Shown: positions 33,873 to 44,573, counted from the first letter of the stretch. The stretch is DNA of 64,000 bases from Minisyncoccota bacterium (GCA_030583745.1 CP129473.1:140551-204550), one strand, 5' to 3'. Notes: a model not told the origin generated them from the sequence alone. Translations and numbers: made by a program.

Positions 33873-35354
33873 ATGACTAAAAAAGGGTTGAAGATAGTTC
33901 ACGTTTCTTCTGAAGTGGAACCATTTTCAAAAAGTGGGGGCCTAGCGAGTGTTGCTTCCGCCCTTCCGAAAGCCCAAAGTATTCTTGGTCACGACGTTTT
34001 GGTGGTTACTCCCTTTTATGAAAAATTGATAAACAGAAAGGAGTTTGGTCTTGAAGAAATTGGTAGTGATGTTTTGGAAATAAGTGGCAAGACTTATGAA
34101 GTCTCGTATTTAAAAGGTTACCTGAACGATAAAACCCCGATATTTTTCATTAGCAACAGCCGTTTTTTTGGCAAAAGACAGAATCTTTACGGCGCCAAAA
34201 AAGAAAATACCCGTTTTTTCTTTTTTGATTTGGCGGTTTTGGCTTTTCTGCGGAAAATAAATTACCAACCGGATATCTTACATTGCCACGATTGGCACAC
34301 TGGTCTCATACCATATTTTTTAAAAGGCAGATTTAAGAATGAGAATTTTTGGAAGAATACCGCAACGGTTTTTACTATTCATAACCTTGCTTACCAGCTC
34401 GGCCATGATTGGTGGACAATCACGGCGAAAAAGAAGGATAATGGAAGAATAATTCTACCAGCATTTTCCGATTCGAGAAGGGTGGAAACCATCAACTTTG
34501 CCAAGAGGGCTATTTTGTCGGCTGACACAGTAAATGCCGTTTCTGAAACTTATCGTGAGGAAATTATGACCAAAGATTTCGGCGAGGAGCTTCACAGAAT
34601 TTTGAAAAATCGTGAAGAAACTGTATTTGGTGTAGTCAATGGAATAGATTACGAAGAATATAACCCCTCAACTGATCCTGGACTTTACAATAATTTTGAT
34701 GCTAAAAATCCGGAGGCCAAGAAGGCCAATAAAACCTGGCTTCAAAAATTTTTAAGATTTAAAGTCGATAACGACACACCGCTTATTTGCATGACCTCAA
34801 GGATTGTGGAACAAAAGGGCTTTGAGTTGGTTTTAGAGATTTTGCCAACAATCCTAAAAGCTGATATCCAAATCGCAATTATGGGCGACGGCCAGAAGTC
34901 TATTGTGGAATCTTTGAAGAAAATTAAAAAACAATTTCCCAAAAAAATTGCGGTGATACCTTTTAACGTAAAATACGAAACCTCACTTTATGCCGGTTCG
35001 GATATCTTTCTTTTGCCATCCAGATTTGAACCGTGCGGAATTAATCAGCTTATTGCTCTTCGCTACGGTTCAATACCCGTCGTTCATCACATCGGTGGTT
35101 TGGCCGACACCATTCACAATTTTAATCCGGAGAAAAAAACCGGTAACGGATTTACTTTCAAGGAATACAGTCCGATTGCTCTGGCAATGGCAATTGCCAG
35201 GATTTTAGAAGTTTATAAACAGAAATCAATCTGGAATAATCTTTTAGTGTCAGTCTTGCAAGAATCTCACTCTTGGAAGATACCGGCCCAAAAATATGTT
35301 GAGCTTTATAAATCAACAATCCGCCGAACCAGATCAAAAAATAAAAACCTATGA
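33873..35354 (+). CDS. glgA: Glycogen/starch synthase
   Basis: KIVHVSSEVEPFSKSGGLASV N-terminal motif. Confidence 0.9.
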   Translation: MTKKGLKIVHVSSEVEPFSKSGGLASVASALPKAQSILGHDVLVVTPFYEKLINRKEFGLEEIGSDVLEISGKTYEVSYLKGYLNDKTPIFFISNSRFFGKRQNLYGAKKENTRFFFFDLAVLAFLRKINYQPDILHCHDWHTGLIPYFLKGRFKNENFWKNTATVFTIHNLAYQLGHDWWTITAKKKDNGRIILPAFSDSRRVETINFAKRAILSADTVNAVSETYREEIMTKDFGEELHRILKNREETVFGVVNGIDYEEYNPSTDPGLYNNFDAKNPEAKKANKTWLQKFLRFKVDNDTPLICMTSRIVEQKGFELVLEILPTILKADIQIAIMGDGQKSIVESLKKIKKQFPKKIAVIPFNVKYETSLYAGSDIFLLPSRFEPCGINQLIALRYGSIPVVHHIGGLADTIHNFNPEKKTGNGFTFKEYSPIALAMAIARILEVYKQKSIWNNLLVSVLQESHSWKIPAQKYVELYKSTIRRTRSKNKNL

Positions 35355-36514
35355 TTACTTGGGTAAATTTTCTCCATTTGCACCAGCCACCTCTGCAGGC
35401 GCCAGAAATTTTGAAAAAAGTTTCTGAAGAAAGCTACAAGGAGATTATTTCTATTTTTAATAAATTTCCTGAAGTGAAAATGACCTTAAACATCTCTGGT
35501 TCGCTCTTGGAACTATTTCAGAAAAACAACCAAACGGAAATCATAAAAGCTTTTAAGGAATTAGTTTCTTCTGGTCGGATTGAGATTACGAGCTCGGCCA
35601 TATATCACCCGATTTTACCGCTTATTTCGGAGTCAGAAGTCTTAAACCAGATAAGGTTAAACCGAGAAAAATTAGAAGAAGTTTTCGGCGCTACACATCA
35701 CCCAAAGGGATTTTTTTTGCCGGAGATGGCATATAGCCAAGAAGTCGCAAAATTGGTCGAGTCGGCCGGATTTTCCTGGTTGATTCTGGACGAAATTCAT
35801 TATCCTCTCGGCAAACCAAATTCCTCAAGCTCATACAGAATAAAAGGAACTGGTCTTAAGGTCGTCTTTCGAAATAGAATCTTTTCAAAAAGTTTTCCGC
35901 CCGAATCAATAATCAAAAATTTTAATGAACTAGAAAACCAGATTTTAATAACCGCTCATGATGGCGAAATGTATGGTCACTGGCACAAGGACGACCAAGG
36001 TTTTACTGACAAAGTGTTTGCTAATCCGGCAATAAAAACTATAACCGTCTCCGAGTATCTTGAATCTTTGACAACAAAGGCGGAAGAGATTGAGCCACTA
36101 AGGGCAAGTTGGGAGTCAGACCTTTCGGAAATCAAGAGGGATTTGCCTTATGCCATCTGGCAAAATCCGAAAAATAAAATCCAGAAAAAACTCTGGGATT
36201 TTGAAAATCAGGCTTACTCAATTCTGCAAGAAAACAAAGAGGATCCAAACTGGAAATGGGCAAAAAAACATTACGATAGAGGAATATCAAGTTGCGCTTG
36301 GTGGTGGGCTTCCGGAAGAAAACTAGACGCTTTTTCTCCTATTGCTTGGAATCCGACAGAAATTGAAAAAGGCGCTTTAGAAATTTTGCGTTCTGTTAGA
36401 TCTTTGGATAAACTTGATTTGAAAACCCACCTTAAATTGGAGAAAAAATTTGCAGATTTAAGAAAAATAATTTGGCTTCAACATTGGCAACAAAAACACA
36501 AAAAGAAAGATTAA
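35351..36514 (+). CDS. GH57-family alpha-glucan enzyme
   Basis: HLHQPP N-terminal motif; the family is an inference. Confidence 0.55.
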   Translation: MITWVNFLHLHQPPLQAPEILKKVSEESYKEIISIFNKFPEVKMTLNISGSLLELFQKNNQTEIIKAFKELVSSGRIEITSSAIYHPILPLISESEVLNQIRLNREKLEEVFGATHHPKGFFLPEMAYSQEVAKLVESAGFSWLILDEIHYPLGKPNSSSSYRIKGTGLKVVFRNRIFSKSFPPESIIKNFNELENQILITAHDGEMYGHWHKDDQGFTDKVFANPAIKTITVSEYLESLTTKAEEIEPLRASWESDLSEIKRDLPYAIWQNPKNKIQKKLWDFENQAYSILQENKEDPNWKWAKKHYDRGISSCAWWWASGRKLDAFSPIAWNPTEIEKGALEILRSVRSLDKLDLKTHLKLEKKFADLRKIIWLQHWQQKHKKKD

Positions 36515-37704
36515 AAAAACGGATTTTGTTTCCGTCTATTTGCCTTTATCTGCAAATTCATCAGCCGTTTAGGATTACTGGAGAAAAAGTTAACTATTTC
36601 AAAGATAGTAAAAAAAACGAAATAAGTAATAAAAAAATTTTTGAAAAGGTTTGCCGTAAATCATATCTACCAGCTGGCAAAATATTGCTAAAAATCCTAA
36701 AAAAACACAAAGATTTTCATTTCTCCATCTCTTTTTCCGGTTTAGCTTTGGAACAAATGGAAAAATTTTCCCCAGAAGCTTTGATGGTTTTTAAAAAAAT
36801 GCACGAAACTGGACGGATGGAAATTTTATCAGAAACTTATCATCACTCTCTGGCCTTTTTTTATTCCAAAAGAGAATTTGAAAAGCAAGTTTCAATGCAC
36901 CGCCAAAAAATTAAAAAACTTTTTAATGCTGACCCGAAAGTTTTCAGAAATACGGAGTTGGCCTACAACAATGATTTGGCGGTCTGGGCTGAAAAAAAAG
37001 GTTATGCTGGAATCTTGGCCGAAGGATGGGAGGAGTATATTGGGAGTTGTGGTCCAAATTATGTTTATCAACCAAAAGACACGGAAAAGATTAGATTGCT
37101 TTTGAGGAACTATAAATTTTCAGATGACATTGCTTTTCGCTTTTCTGAACCGAGTTGGCCAGGATGGCCACTAGACGCGTCGAAATTTGCAAATTGTTTG
37201 GGAAAAGATGGGGGAGAGACGATAAATATTTTCTTAGACTTTGAAACTTTCGGTGAACATCAATACCAGGAAACCGGAATATTTAACTTTCTTACAGAAT
37301 TGCCGATAGAAATATTAAAAAGAAACGGTAAATTTAGAACAGCAAGTCAAACAATTTCCTTTTTTAAGCCGAAAGCTAAAATTGATGTTCCGAAGATTTT
37401 AACATGGGCTGATTCAGAGAGAGATTTATCGGCCTGGAATGGAAATAAAATGCAAAAAGATGCGTTGAGAGTAGTTTATGGTTTAGAAAAAAATATTTCG
37501 TCTGTAAAAAATAGAAACGTTGTCAAGGATTGGCGAAGACTTCAAACTTCTGACCATTTTTATTATATGTCAACCAAAGGTCTTGATGATGGAGGAATAC
37601 ATGATTATTTTAGTCCTCATAAAAATCCACAAAAAGCTTACAAAATTTTTATAAAAACCATAAAAAATTTAGCTTTAAGAATTAAGAAAAAAAATAGTAG
37701 TTAA
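36472..37704 (+). CDS. GH57-family alpha-glucan enzyme, second copy
   Basis: LQIHQPFR motif; overlaps the previous gene. Confidence 0.55.
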   Translation: MASTLATKTQKERLKKRILFPSICLYLQIHQPFRITGEKVNYFKDSKKNEISNKKIFEKVCRKSYLPAGKILLKILKKHKDFHFSISFSGLALEQMEKFSPEALMVFKKMHETGRMEILSETYHHSLAFFYSKREFEKQVSMHRQKIKKLFNADPKVFRNTELAYNNDLAVWAEKKGYAGILAEGWEEYIGSCGPNYVYQPKDTEKIRLLLRNYKFSDDIAFRFSEPSWPGWPLDASKFANCLGKDGGETINIFLDFETFGEHQYQETGIFNFLTELPIEILKRNGKFRTASQTISFFKPKAKIDVPKILTWADSERDLSAWNGNKMQKDALRVVYGLEKNISSVKNRNVVKDWRRLQTSDHFYYMSTKGLDDGGIHDYFSPHKNPQKAYKIFIKTIKNLALRIKKKNSS

Positions 37705-37706
37705 TT

Positions 37707-38297
37707 TTATGCTTCAGATATCCACTCCAAAATATCCCTTGTTGCTTTCGGATTTGGAATTTTAGTTAAATCAATTTGTAAAATTGGAATTCTGGACATT
37801 TTTGCTATTTCAAAATATATATTTTGTATGGCCACATATTCTTCTGGCTTTCGGCTTATTCGCTCATAATGTCGATGTGAAGTTAACCTATCTTTTAAGC
37901 GTTTTTCAAAAATTATTGGGTCTTTGCTGACGGTACATAAAATTATTTTAGCTCCCAAACTTAGTAACCTGTCTTCCGTAGATTTATAGTTAAATCCTCT
38001 TTTTTTGTTTTCTAGAGAGTGGTAAACAGCATCGCTTAGATGAAATTTTTCAAAGATAACGTTACTGTCTTTCAATATCTCGGCCATTTCCAAATATTTT
38101 TCAATTATCAATTGTGAATCTTTAGTTCCAAAAATGCCTATATCGCTGTTAAACCAGTGGCAACCGTTTAAAATATGTCTATTTGTATTGTATTTCTTTT
38201 CTAAAAAATCATAAATTTGCTGGATAATATGACTTTTACCAACCAGTTCAACCCCCTCAAATATCAACTTGTGGGCTTTTTTGTTTTTTTCAATCAC
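37707..38297 (-). CDS. P-loop kinase-like protein (deoxynucleoside/dTMP kinase-like)
   Basis: Walker A GVELVGKS near the N-terminus. Confidence 0.4.
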   Translation of the reverse strand: MIEKNKKAHKLIFEGVELVGKSHIIQQIYDFLEKKYNTNRHILNGCHWFNSDIGIFGTKDSQLIIEKYLEMAEILKDSNVIFEKFHLSDAVYHSLENKKRGFNYKSTEDRLLSLGAKIILCTVSKDPIIFEKRLKDRLTSHRHYERISRKPEEYVAIQNIYFEIAKMSRIPILQIDLTKIPNPKATRDILEWISEA

Positions 38298-38315
38298 GTT
38301 GTAAAATAAAAAGAA

Positions 38316-39947
38316 ATGAAAAATCTAAAAGAGAATGATAATTACAAATGGTATCACAAGTCGGTGGTCTATCATATTTATACCAGAAGCTTTAAAGACT
38401 CAAACAAAGATGGGGTGGGTGATTTAAGGGGTATTATTGATAGATTAGATTATCTTGCCGGTAGTGAAAAATCTTTGGGAATCGGCGCAATCTGGCTTTC
38501 GCCTTTTTATAAATCTCCACAAGTTGACTACGGCTATGATATTTCTGATTACAAAGATATAGATCCAATGTTTGGTGACCTTGAAACTTTTAAAACTCTA
38601 GTAAAAGAGTGTCACAAAAAAAACATCCGAATTATAATAGATTTTGTAATCAATCACACATCTTCCGAACACAAGTGGTTTAAAGAATCCCGATCTTCGC
38701 GGGAAAATTCTAAAAGAGATTGGTATATTTGGCGCGATCCAAAACCGGACGGCTCTCCGCCCAATAACTGGCGCTCTGTTTTTGGTGGACCAGCTTGGAC
38801 TCTTGATGAAAAAACCGGTCAGTATTACTTTCATAGCTTTCTGCCTGAACAACCGGATTTAAATTGGCGTTATGAAGAAGTCCAAGAAGAAATGAAGCAG
38901 GTAGGAAGATTTTGGCTTGATATGGGGGTAGACGGTTTTCGGATTGATGCGATTGAGCATTTGATAGAAGACAGCTATCTGCGCGATGACCCAAGAAATC
39001 CAGATTATGTGCCACTACGCGATGACCCATATCTTTTAAATGAACATCTTTTCAGCAAAAGCCAGAAAGATTTGAGTTATTGTATAAATGCTTTATGTGA
39101 ACTAATCAGCGAATACCCCGACAGATTTATTGTCAGTGAGGCCTATGTTGATATTCCTAAAATTGTCTCTCTTTATCAGGCCTGCGAGCAAAAGGTTCAC
39201 GCACCTTTTAATTTTAATTTGATGGGAAAACGTTGGTCAGCCACAGAATATCGTCAATTTGTTGATGAATTTGAAAAAGCCCTGTCGCCAAACGATTGGC
39301 CAAATTATGTTTTTGGAAATCATGATCGTTCGCGTCTGGTATCCCGCCTCGGAGAGAAGAGGGCTAGGGTCGTGGCGGTTTTGCTTTTGACACTGCGTGG
39401 TATGCCTTTTATCTATTACGGTGATGAAATTGGTATGGCTGATGTTGAAATTTCTCTAGAAAAAATAAAAGACCCATTTGCTAAAAAATTGGGCGAAACC
39501 AGATATAGTCGCGACCCAGAACGGACACCAATGCAGTGGAGTAGAGAGAAATATGCCGGTTTTTCAGAAGTTGAGCCGTGGTTGCCGGTTTCGCCGGACT
39601 TTGAGAAAAAAAATGTCGAAGAAGAGCTCAAAGACCCAAGTTCAATTTTAAATCTTTATCGCTCTTTGATAGGTTTCAGAAATAAGACGCCGGCTTTGCA
39701 ATATGGAACTTATAAATCTTTGGATACTTTGTCCTCGGAAATATTCTCTTATGTTAGAGAATATGAATGTCAGAAGATTTTGATAATACTAAATTTTTCT
39801 GATAAAGAAGTTGAGGAAACTATACCTTTTAAAGAACTAAAATTTATTTGCTCCACTTACGGGGAAATCTTTAGGGTTGGCGACAATCCTTCTGGTAAGG
39901 TGAGTTTGAGACCAAACGAGGGCTGTATTTTTGAGGTTTTGAACTAA
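38316..39947 (+). CDS. GH13 alpha-glucosidase (oligo-1,6-glucosidase/trehalose-synthase-like)
   Basis: YHIYTRSFKDSNKDGVGDLRGI ... GFRIDAIEH ... FGNHD. Confidence 0.9.
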   Translation: MKNLKENDNYKWYHKSVVYHIYTRSFKDSNKDGVGDLRGIIDRLDYLAGSEKSLGIGAIWLSPFYKSPQVDYGYDISDYKDIDPMFGDLETFKTLVKECHKKNIRIIIDFVINHTSSEHKWFKESRSSRENSKRDWYIWRDPKPDGSPPNNWRSVFGGPAWTLDEKTGQYYFHSFLPEQPDLNWRYEEVQEEMKQVGRFWLDMGVDGFRIDAIEHLIEDSYLRDDPRNPDYVPLRDDPYLLNEHLFSKSQKDLSYCINALCELISEYPDRFIVSEAYVDIPKIVSLYQACEQKVHAPFNFNLMGKRWSATEYRQFVDEFEKALSPNDWPNYVFGNHDRSRLVSRLGEKRARVVAVLLLTLRGMPFIYYGDEIGMADVEISLEKIKDPFAKKLGETRYSRDPERTPMQWSREKYAGFSEVEPWLPVSPDFEKKNVEEELKDPSSILNLYRSLIGFRNKTPALQYGTYKSLDTLSSEIFSYVREYECQKILIILNFSDKEVEETIPFKELKFICSTYGEIFRVGDNPSGKVSLRPNEGCIFEVLN

Positions 39948-39994
39948 TTTTAAAAAGTTTTTAGACACTACCTTTTTCTATTGATAAAAATCTA

Positions 39995-40022
39995 TTATTT
40001 GTTATAATATAAAAAGTTGTAA
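39995..40022 (+). promoter_or_regulatory. Strong sigma70-like promoter in AT-rich DNA driving the GC-rich gene
   Basis: TTGATA, 16-nt spacer, TATAAT. Confidence 0.5.
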
Positions 40023-40125
40023 GTTTGTTCTTTGTCGTTGAGTTGTTTTATGAAGAGGGTAGTGTGTTGCTACTCTCATCACCCCCCGTCCTATTTCTTG
40101 GAGGACATACTGAAAGGAGCGAAAA

Positions 40126-40992
40126 ATGTTGGAGATTTTCCGTTTTGACTTGAGAGAGAATCCGAAGACGGGCAAGCCTCAGTGGCAGGCCCGACGGAAA
40201 GGCAGAGACGGCACGACGTGTTATATTGTCCCTGATGAGAGTCCCAGATTCCCCTCGTATGAGCAGGATGTTTGGCTCTGCGAGATCGGGGATCCGGTCT
40301 TCCTGTATCAGGACAAGAAGTCCCGAGTCGTTCAGGTCCGGCTCATCGCGCCGTGGCCGGAGAGGATGAAGCTTCTCTTTGTGCTTGGAGAGCGCGACGA
40401 GAAGCCCTTCTGGAGCGCGTCCGGGCGTGTCGGACCGGTGAATGTCACTTTCGTTGTCCACAAGTACAGCGAGGTGTCGCCTGATGAGACCAGTCCCGTC
40501 TGGAACTGCGGGCTGGATACCTTCATCATGGCCCAGAACCAGTACCGGATCATCGTTCCGGTTTGGCCGGAAGGACCGGTGGAAACCGAGCTCAGGACTC
40601 TTGACTTCACTGAAGACGAGAGCCCTGAAGGACGAGCCCAATTCGCCTGCCAATCGGCAAGCGACGGGGTCACCGTCAGGTATGTGGTTGACCGAGACCA
40701 CTACCTGCGCGTCAAAAACTCTGGCGAGTCCCGCTGGAGTTGTGCCTTCAAGCGGGATCTCTACACAAGCCCACTCTCCCGTGTGATCGCGGTCGTTCCC
40801 GTGTCTCCTGTGCCTCTCACCGCCCGAGGGAAAAGGCGACGGGAGAGACGTGAAGAGAGGGCGATTCGCAAGGCAGCAAGGCTCGAGGCCGAGCGCGAAT
40901 CGGCTCGGAAGCGCGCTGCCGAACGTCTGACGGGTGGTGGCACCCGGCGCTCCAACGGCGGTAAGAACAACAAGAAGGCTGCCACTACCTAA
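40126..40992 (+). CDS. GC-rich hypothetical protein with a basic C-terminal tail
   Basis: RBS gaaaggag; protein-like composition. The antisense ORF 40048..41058 is a GC shadow. Confidence 0.55.
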   Translation: MLEIFRFDLRENPKTGKPQWQARRKGRDGTTCYIVPDESPRFPSYEQDVWLCEIGDPVFLYQDKKSRVVQVRLIAPWPERMKLLFVLGERDEKPFWSASGRVGPVNVTFVVHKYSEVSPDETSPVWNCGLDTFIMAQNQYRIIVPVWPEGPVETELRTLDFTEDESPEGRAQFACQSASDGVTVRYVVDRDHYLRVKNSGESRWSCAFKRDLYTSPLSRVIAVVPVSPVPLTARGKRRRERREERAIRKAARLEAERESARKRAAERLTGGGTRRSNGGKNNKKAATT

Positions 40993-41007
40993 ACCTAACA
41001 ACTCAAT

Positions 41008-41036
41008 ACCGCACCTGCACCCCCGAGCCGTATGGG
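41008..41036 (+). terminator. Rho-independent terminator
   Basis: cacccccgagccgtatgggggtgtttttt. Confidence 0.7.
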
Positions 41037-41170
41037 GGTGTTTTTTGTTGATAAACAAATATCCGAGAGTAGTAACCGCTCTCGGTTTATTTTTTTTTAT
41101 TCTCTGTGGATTTTATTGTTGAAAATAAATAAGATAAGGTATAAAATTCTTTTCCAGGTTAATAGTTCTT

Positions 41171-41584
41171 TTGGTCGGGTGTCCGACCGGCTATTGCCGA
41201 AACCCTCAAAGAAAAGGGGTAATCGTGGAAGAGGAAGTTCCGACAATCAATGGGGCGAGGGACATGGACAAGATCGTGGAGGGAAAGAAGGTCAAGGTCG
41301 TCGGGGTCTGGATCAGAGTCACACCACAGAGTCCCATGACTCTGACTGTGACTGACTCCGCCGGGGAGATCAACTTCATCTGGTCTGATCCATATGTTCA
41401 GCCCACTACTAACATGCCGGGGTGCTGGGAGATGACGGTCAACAGCGAGATGGTGAAACTTGTGGGTTTCTACACCGTTTCTTCGGTTTCTGGGGGGCCG
41501 ATTCTTGAGCCGGAGCGCCCCAAATACTGGGGCAAAAAAGCCGTGAAGATTGACCGTGGGCGCAGTCCGGTTCACCACACCTGA
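41171..41584 (+). CDS. GC-rich hypothetical protein
   Basis: Probable GTG start at 41226 with RBS aaagggg; the antisense ORF is a shadow. Confidence 0.45.
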   Translation: MVGCPTGYCRNPQRKGVIVEEEVPTINGARDMDKIVEGKKVKVVGVWIRVTPQSPMTLTVTDSAGEINFIWSDPYVQPTTNMPGCWEMTVNSEMVKLVGFYTVSSVSGGPILEPERPKYWGKKAVKIDRGRSPVHHT

Positions 41585-41602
41585 AGGAGGCACACACTCA
41601 AA

Positions 41603-41638
41603 CCTCGCGCCAGACGGCTGGCGTGGGGTTTTTTTTAT
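41603..41638 (+). terminator. Rho-independent terminator
   Basis: cgcgccagacggctggcgtgggg tttttttt. Confidence 0.65.
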
Positions 41639-41952
41639 CCAATTTTTGAAGCCAATATAAAATCGTTTTCAGTCAAACCGCCGACTGAATGAGTAGAGAT
41701 TGAAATTTTGACTTTATTCCAATTAAAAATCAGAATGTCCGGGTGATGGCCCTCGTCTTCAGCGATTTTTCCAACTTTATTGACGAATTCCAGCGCTTTT
41801 GGAAAATTTTCAAATTCAATTTTTTTTTCTATTTTTTTGCCATCTCCCGAGAGCCCCCAGTCTGGTATTTCTTTTAGAAAATTATTTATCTCAAGAGAAT
41901 TTAACAACCCCCTACCGTTCTCGCAAGGAATACATTTTTTATTTTTTAACAC
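41635..41952 (-). CDS. Pterin-4a-carbinolamine dehydratase
   Basis: EGHHPD motif. Confidence 0.8.
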   Translation of the reverse strand: MLKNKKCIPCENGRGLLNSLEINNFLKEIPDWGLSGDGKKIEKKIEFENFPKALEFVNKVGKIAEDEGHHPDILIFNWNKVKISISTHSVGGLTENDFILASKIG

Positions 41953-41977
41953 GATAAAAATTCTTAACGCTTGTTTA

Positions 41978-42682
41978 TTATTTTACTAAATCTTCTCCAC
42001 AACATTTCAAACCTTCACGGATAGGGGCCTTTCCGATAATTTTTATAATTTCTTCTGGATCATCTATGATAGTGTAGAGTTTTGTATCTTCCTTCTCAAT
42101 CGTTCCATACTTATTTAACAGAAACTTCTTAATTAATTTATCAAACTGTTTCCAGTACTCTTTACCGACCAAAATTACCGGTACTGAATGAATTTTGCCG
42201 GTCTGCACCAAGGTCAAAATTTCAAAACACTCGTCGAGGGTTCCAAATCCGCCCGGGTAAAAAATGTAGGCCTCGGCGGCAAAGGATAGACAAACCTTTC
42301 TGGTAAAAAAATAATAAAAATTGACTTCTTCAGTTAAAAATTTATTAGTTGCTTGTTCGGTTGGTATATCAATTGTGAGACCTAAAGATGAACCACCAGC
42401 TTCAATCGCGCCTCTGTTCGCGGCCTCCATAATACCCGGACCGCCACCGGTCAGAATGGCATAATTAAGCTCCCGAACTATTTTTTGGGCCAATTTTCTC
42501 GCATGTTCGTAAAATTTATTTCCTTCTTTAAATTGGGATGAACCAAAAAAAGTTACGGATAGAGGATGATCTTTCAAGAATTGGAAGCCATTTTCAAATT
42601 CTTTTTTTATCATTTCAATCCTCTGTCGGTTAGCGGTCTCAAAATCTTTAGAGTTTAGTTCTTCAAAATTTGAATTTGTCAT
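41978..42682 (-). CDS. LOG-family protein (cytokinin riboside 5'-monophosphate phosphoribohydrolase-like)
   Basis: GGGPGIMEA and PGGFGTLDE motifs. Confidence 0.85.
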   Translation of the reverse strand: MTNSNFEELNSKDFETANRQRIEMIKKEFENGFQFLKDHPLSVTFFGSSQFKEGNKFYEHARKLAQKIVRELNYAILTGGGPGIMEAANRGAIEAGGSSLGLTIDIPTEQATNKFLTEEVNFYYFFTRKVCLSFAAEAYIFYPGGFGTLDECFEILTLVQTGKIHSVPVILVGKEYWKQFDKLIKKFLLNKYGTIEKEDTKLYTIIDDPEEIIKIIGKAPIREGLKCCGEDLVK

Positions 42683-42770
42683 AATTGTGTTGATTATTGG
42701 TTTTTGCCAGTTTATTGTATAATGAAAATAGGTTATTTCAAACCTTTATTACAAGCTCTAACCAAACAAA

Positions 42771-43307
42771 ATGAAAAGCAAATTAAGTACTAATCAGTGG
42801 ATAGCGGTTGTAGTCTCTATCTCGGCCGTTGTTTTCATCTTTTTTATTAGCGCGCAAAATTCCAATAGAGTAATTCCGACTGGCGCTTCGGAGTCAAGTT
42901 CCGAACGATTGCCGATAATCGGCGGTCTTGATCAAAAAAATATATTTCAGAATATTATGACGCAAAATACTCCTGAAGATTCAACAGGTCTTATGATTGA
43001 AGATTTAGTGGTCGGAGAAGGCAAGACCGCTGAAGTCGGCAATAAAGTTCTTGTGCATTACGATGGTTACTTAACAGACGAAACTCTATTTGATAGCAGT
43101 TATAGAAGAGGTACGCCGTTTGAGTTTGTCTTAGGCGCAGGCGAAGTTATTTCCGGTTGGGATAATGGAGTGGTGGGTATGAAAGAAGGAGGGTTAAGAA
43201 TTCTTGTAATTCCACCTGCTCTAGCTTACGGAGAAAGAGAGGTTGGCCCGATTCCGCCAAATTCAACTCTTGTCTTTACAGTGGAACTTATTGAAGTCTT
43301 GGAATAA
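42771..43307 (+). CDS. FKBP-type peptidyl-prolyl cis-trans isomerase
   Basis: VHYDGYLTDETLFDSS...FVLGAGEVISGWD...LVIPPALAYG. Confidence 0.9.
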   Translation: MKSKLSTNQWIAVVVSISAVVFIFFISAQNSNRVIPTGASESSSERLPIIGGLDQKNIFQNIMTQNTPEDSTGLMIEDLVVGEGKTAEVGNKVLVHYDGYLTDETLFDSSYRRGTPFEFVLGAGEVISGWDNGVVGMKEGGLRILVIPPALAYGEREVGPIPPNSTLVFTVELIEVLE

Positions 43308-43337
43308 AAGTTCTCTGGCGAATCTTTTTTGGTGTAG

Positions 43338-44573
43338 ATGTTTAAAATTGAAAAGAAAATTAGCGGCGCACTTGGGCGAGCCGGCGTTTTAACTACTCCT
43401 CACGGGGATATTTTAACTCCGGCTTTTGCCACTGTCGGCACAAAGGCCACGGTCAAAGCTCTTACCCCGGAAGAAGTTCGAAATACTAACAGTCAGGTTG
43501 TTTTAGCCAACACCTATCATCTTTATCTTCAGCCCGGAGAACAAATAATCAAAAAATCAGGCGGACTCCACAAATTTATGAATTGGCAAGGGCCAATAAT
43601 AACTGATTCAGGTGGATTTCAGGTTTTTTCTCTAGGTGCGGCTTTTGACCGGAATGTTTCAAAAATCTCAAAAACTCCAGTTGAGACAAAAACAGATTTC
43701 AGCCAGAAGAAAAATGGTCTTGCTAAAATAGATGAAGACGGAGTAAACTTCAAAAACCCTTTAGATGGCTCATCTCATCGTTTTACACCTGAAAAATCAA
43801 TTGAAATTCAAAGATGTCTTGGTGCTGATATCATTTTTTCTTTCGACGAATGTACTTCACCTCTAGCGCCACTTGAATATCAAAGGGAAGCAATGGAGAG
43901 GACTCATCGTTGGGCGGAAAGAGGGTTATCCTATTTTAAAAATAAGGGAGAGGGGAAAATTAAAAGAATTACCCGCAAGATTTTGAAAGTTCCGGAAGAA
44001 CAGGAGATAAATCCTGGGCAACAACTCTTTGGAATTGTTCAAGGTGGAAGGTTTGAAAATCTTCGGAAAGAGTCGGCAAGAATTATAGGAGGCATGGATT
44101 TTGATGGTTTTGGCATCGGTGGGTCTTTTGAAAAAAAAGACATCTACGAGTCTTTGAAGTGGGTAAATATAATCTTGCCGGAAAATAAGCCCAAGCATCT
44201 ACTTGGTATCGGTGAACCGAAAGATATCATTTTGGGAATTGAAAATGGCGCGGATTTGTTTGACTGCGTCATCCCAACCAGAATGGGACGGAATGGTTCT
44301 ATCTTTACCAAAAAAGGCAAGCTGAATATTACCAATTCCAGATTCAAAAAAGATTTTTCAAGTATTGAGAATGACTGTAGTTGCTATACTTGCCGAAATT
44401 TTTCTAGGGCCTATTTGTCACACTTGTTTAGAGCCAAAGAAATGCTCGCTTCGACCTTGGCTTCAATACACAATCTTTATTTTATAAACAATTTGTTTGT
44501 CTCTGCTCGCCAAGCGATTCTAAACGACACCTTTTTTGAATTTAAAAAACAATTTCTCGGAAACTATAAATAA
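43338..44573 (+). CDS. tgt: Queuine tRNA-ribosyltransferase
   Basis: LTTPHGDILTPAF...; the Zn site C.C..C is in the C-terminal third. Confidence 0.85.
   Translation: MFKIEKKISGALGRAGVLTTPHGDILTPAFATVGTKATVKALTPEEVRNTNSQVVLANTYHLYLQPGEQIIKKSGGLHKFMNWQGPIITDSGGFQVFSLGAAFDRNVSKISKTPVETKTDFSQKKNGLAKIDEDGVNFKNPLDGSSHRFTPEKSIEIQRCLGADIIFSFDECTSPLAPLEYQREAMERTHRWAERGLSYFKNKGEGKIKRITRKILKVPEEQEINPGQQLFGIVQGGRFENLRKESARIIGGMDFDGFGIGGSFEKKDIYESLKWVNIILPENKPKHLLGIGEPKDIILGIENGADLFDCVIPTRMGRNGSIFTKKGKLNITNSRFKKDFSSIENDCSCYTCRNFSRAYLSHLFRAKEMLASTLASIHNLYFINNLFVSARQAILNDTFFEFKKQFLGNYK

Noticed and set aside
40048-41058. 336-aa minus-strand ORF antisense to the GC-rich gene 40126..40992; similar antisense ORFs at 41159..41593, 56288..56953, 56996..57607, 58020..58961, 6003..6365 and 317..847
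   Set aside because: Long stop-free antisense frames are expected in GC-rich DNA. The sense-strand genes have an RBS, recognisable domains or a downstream terminator, so these are treated as shadow ORFs.
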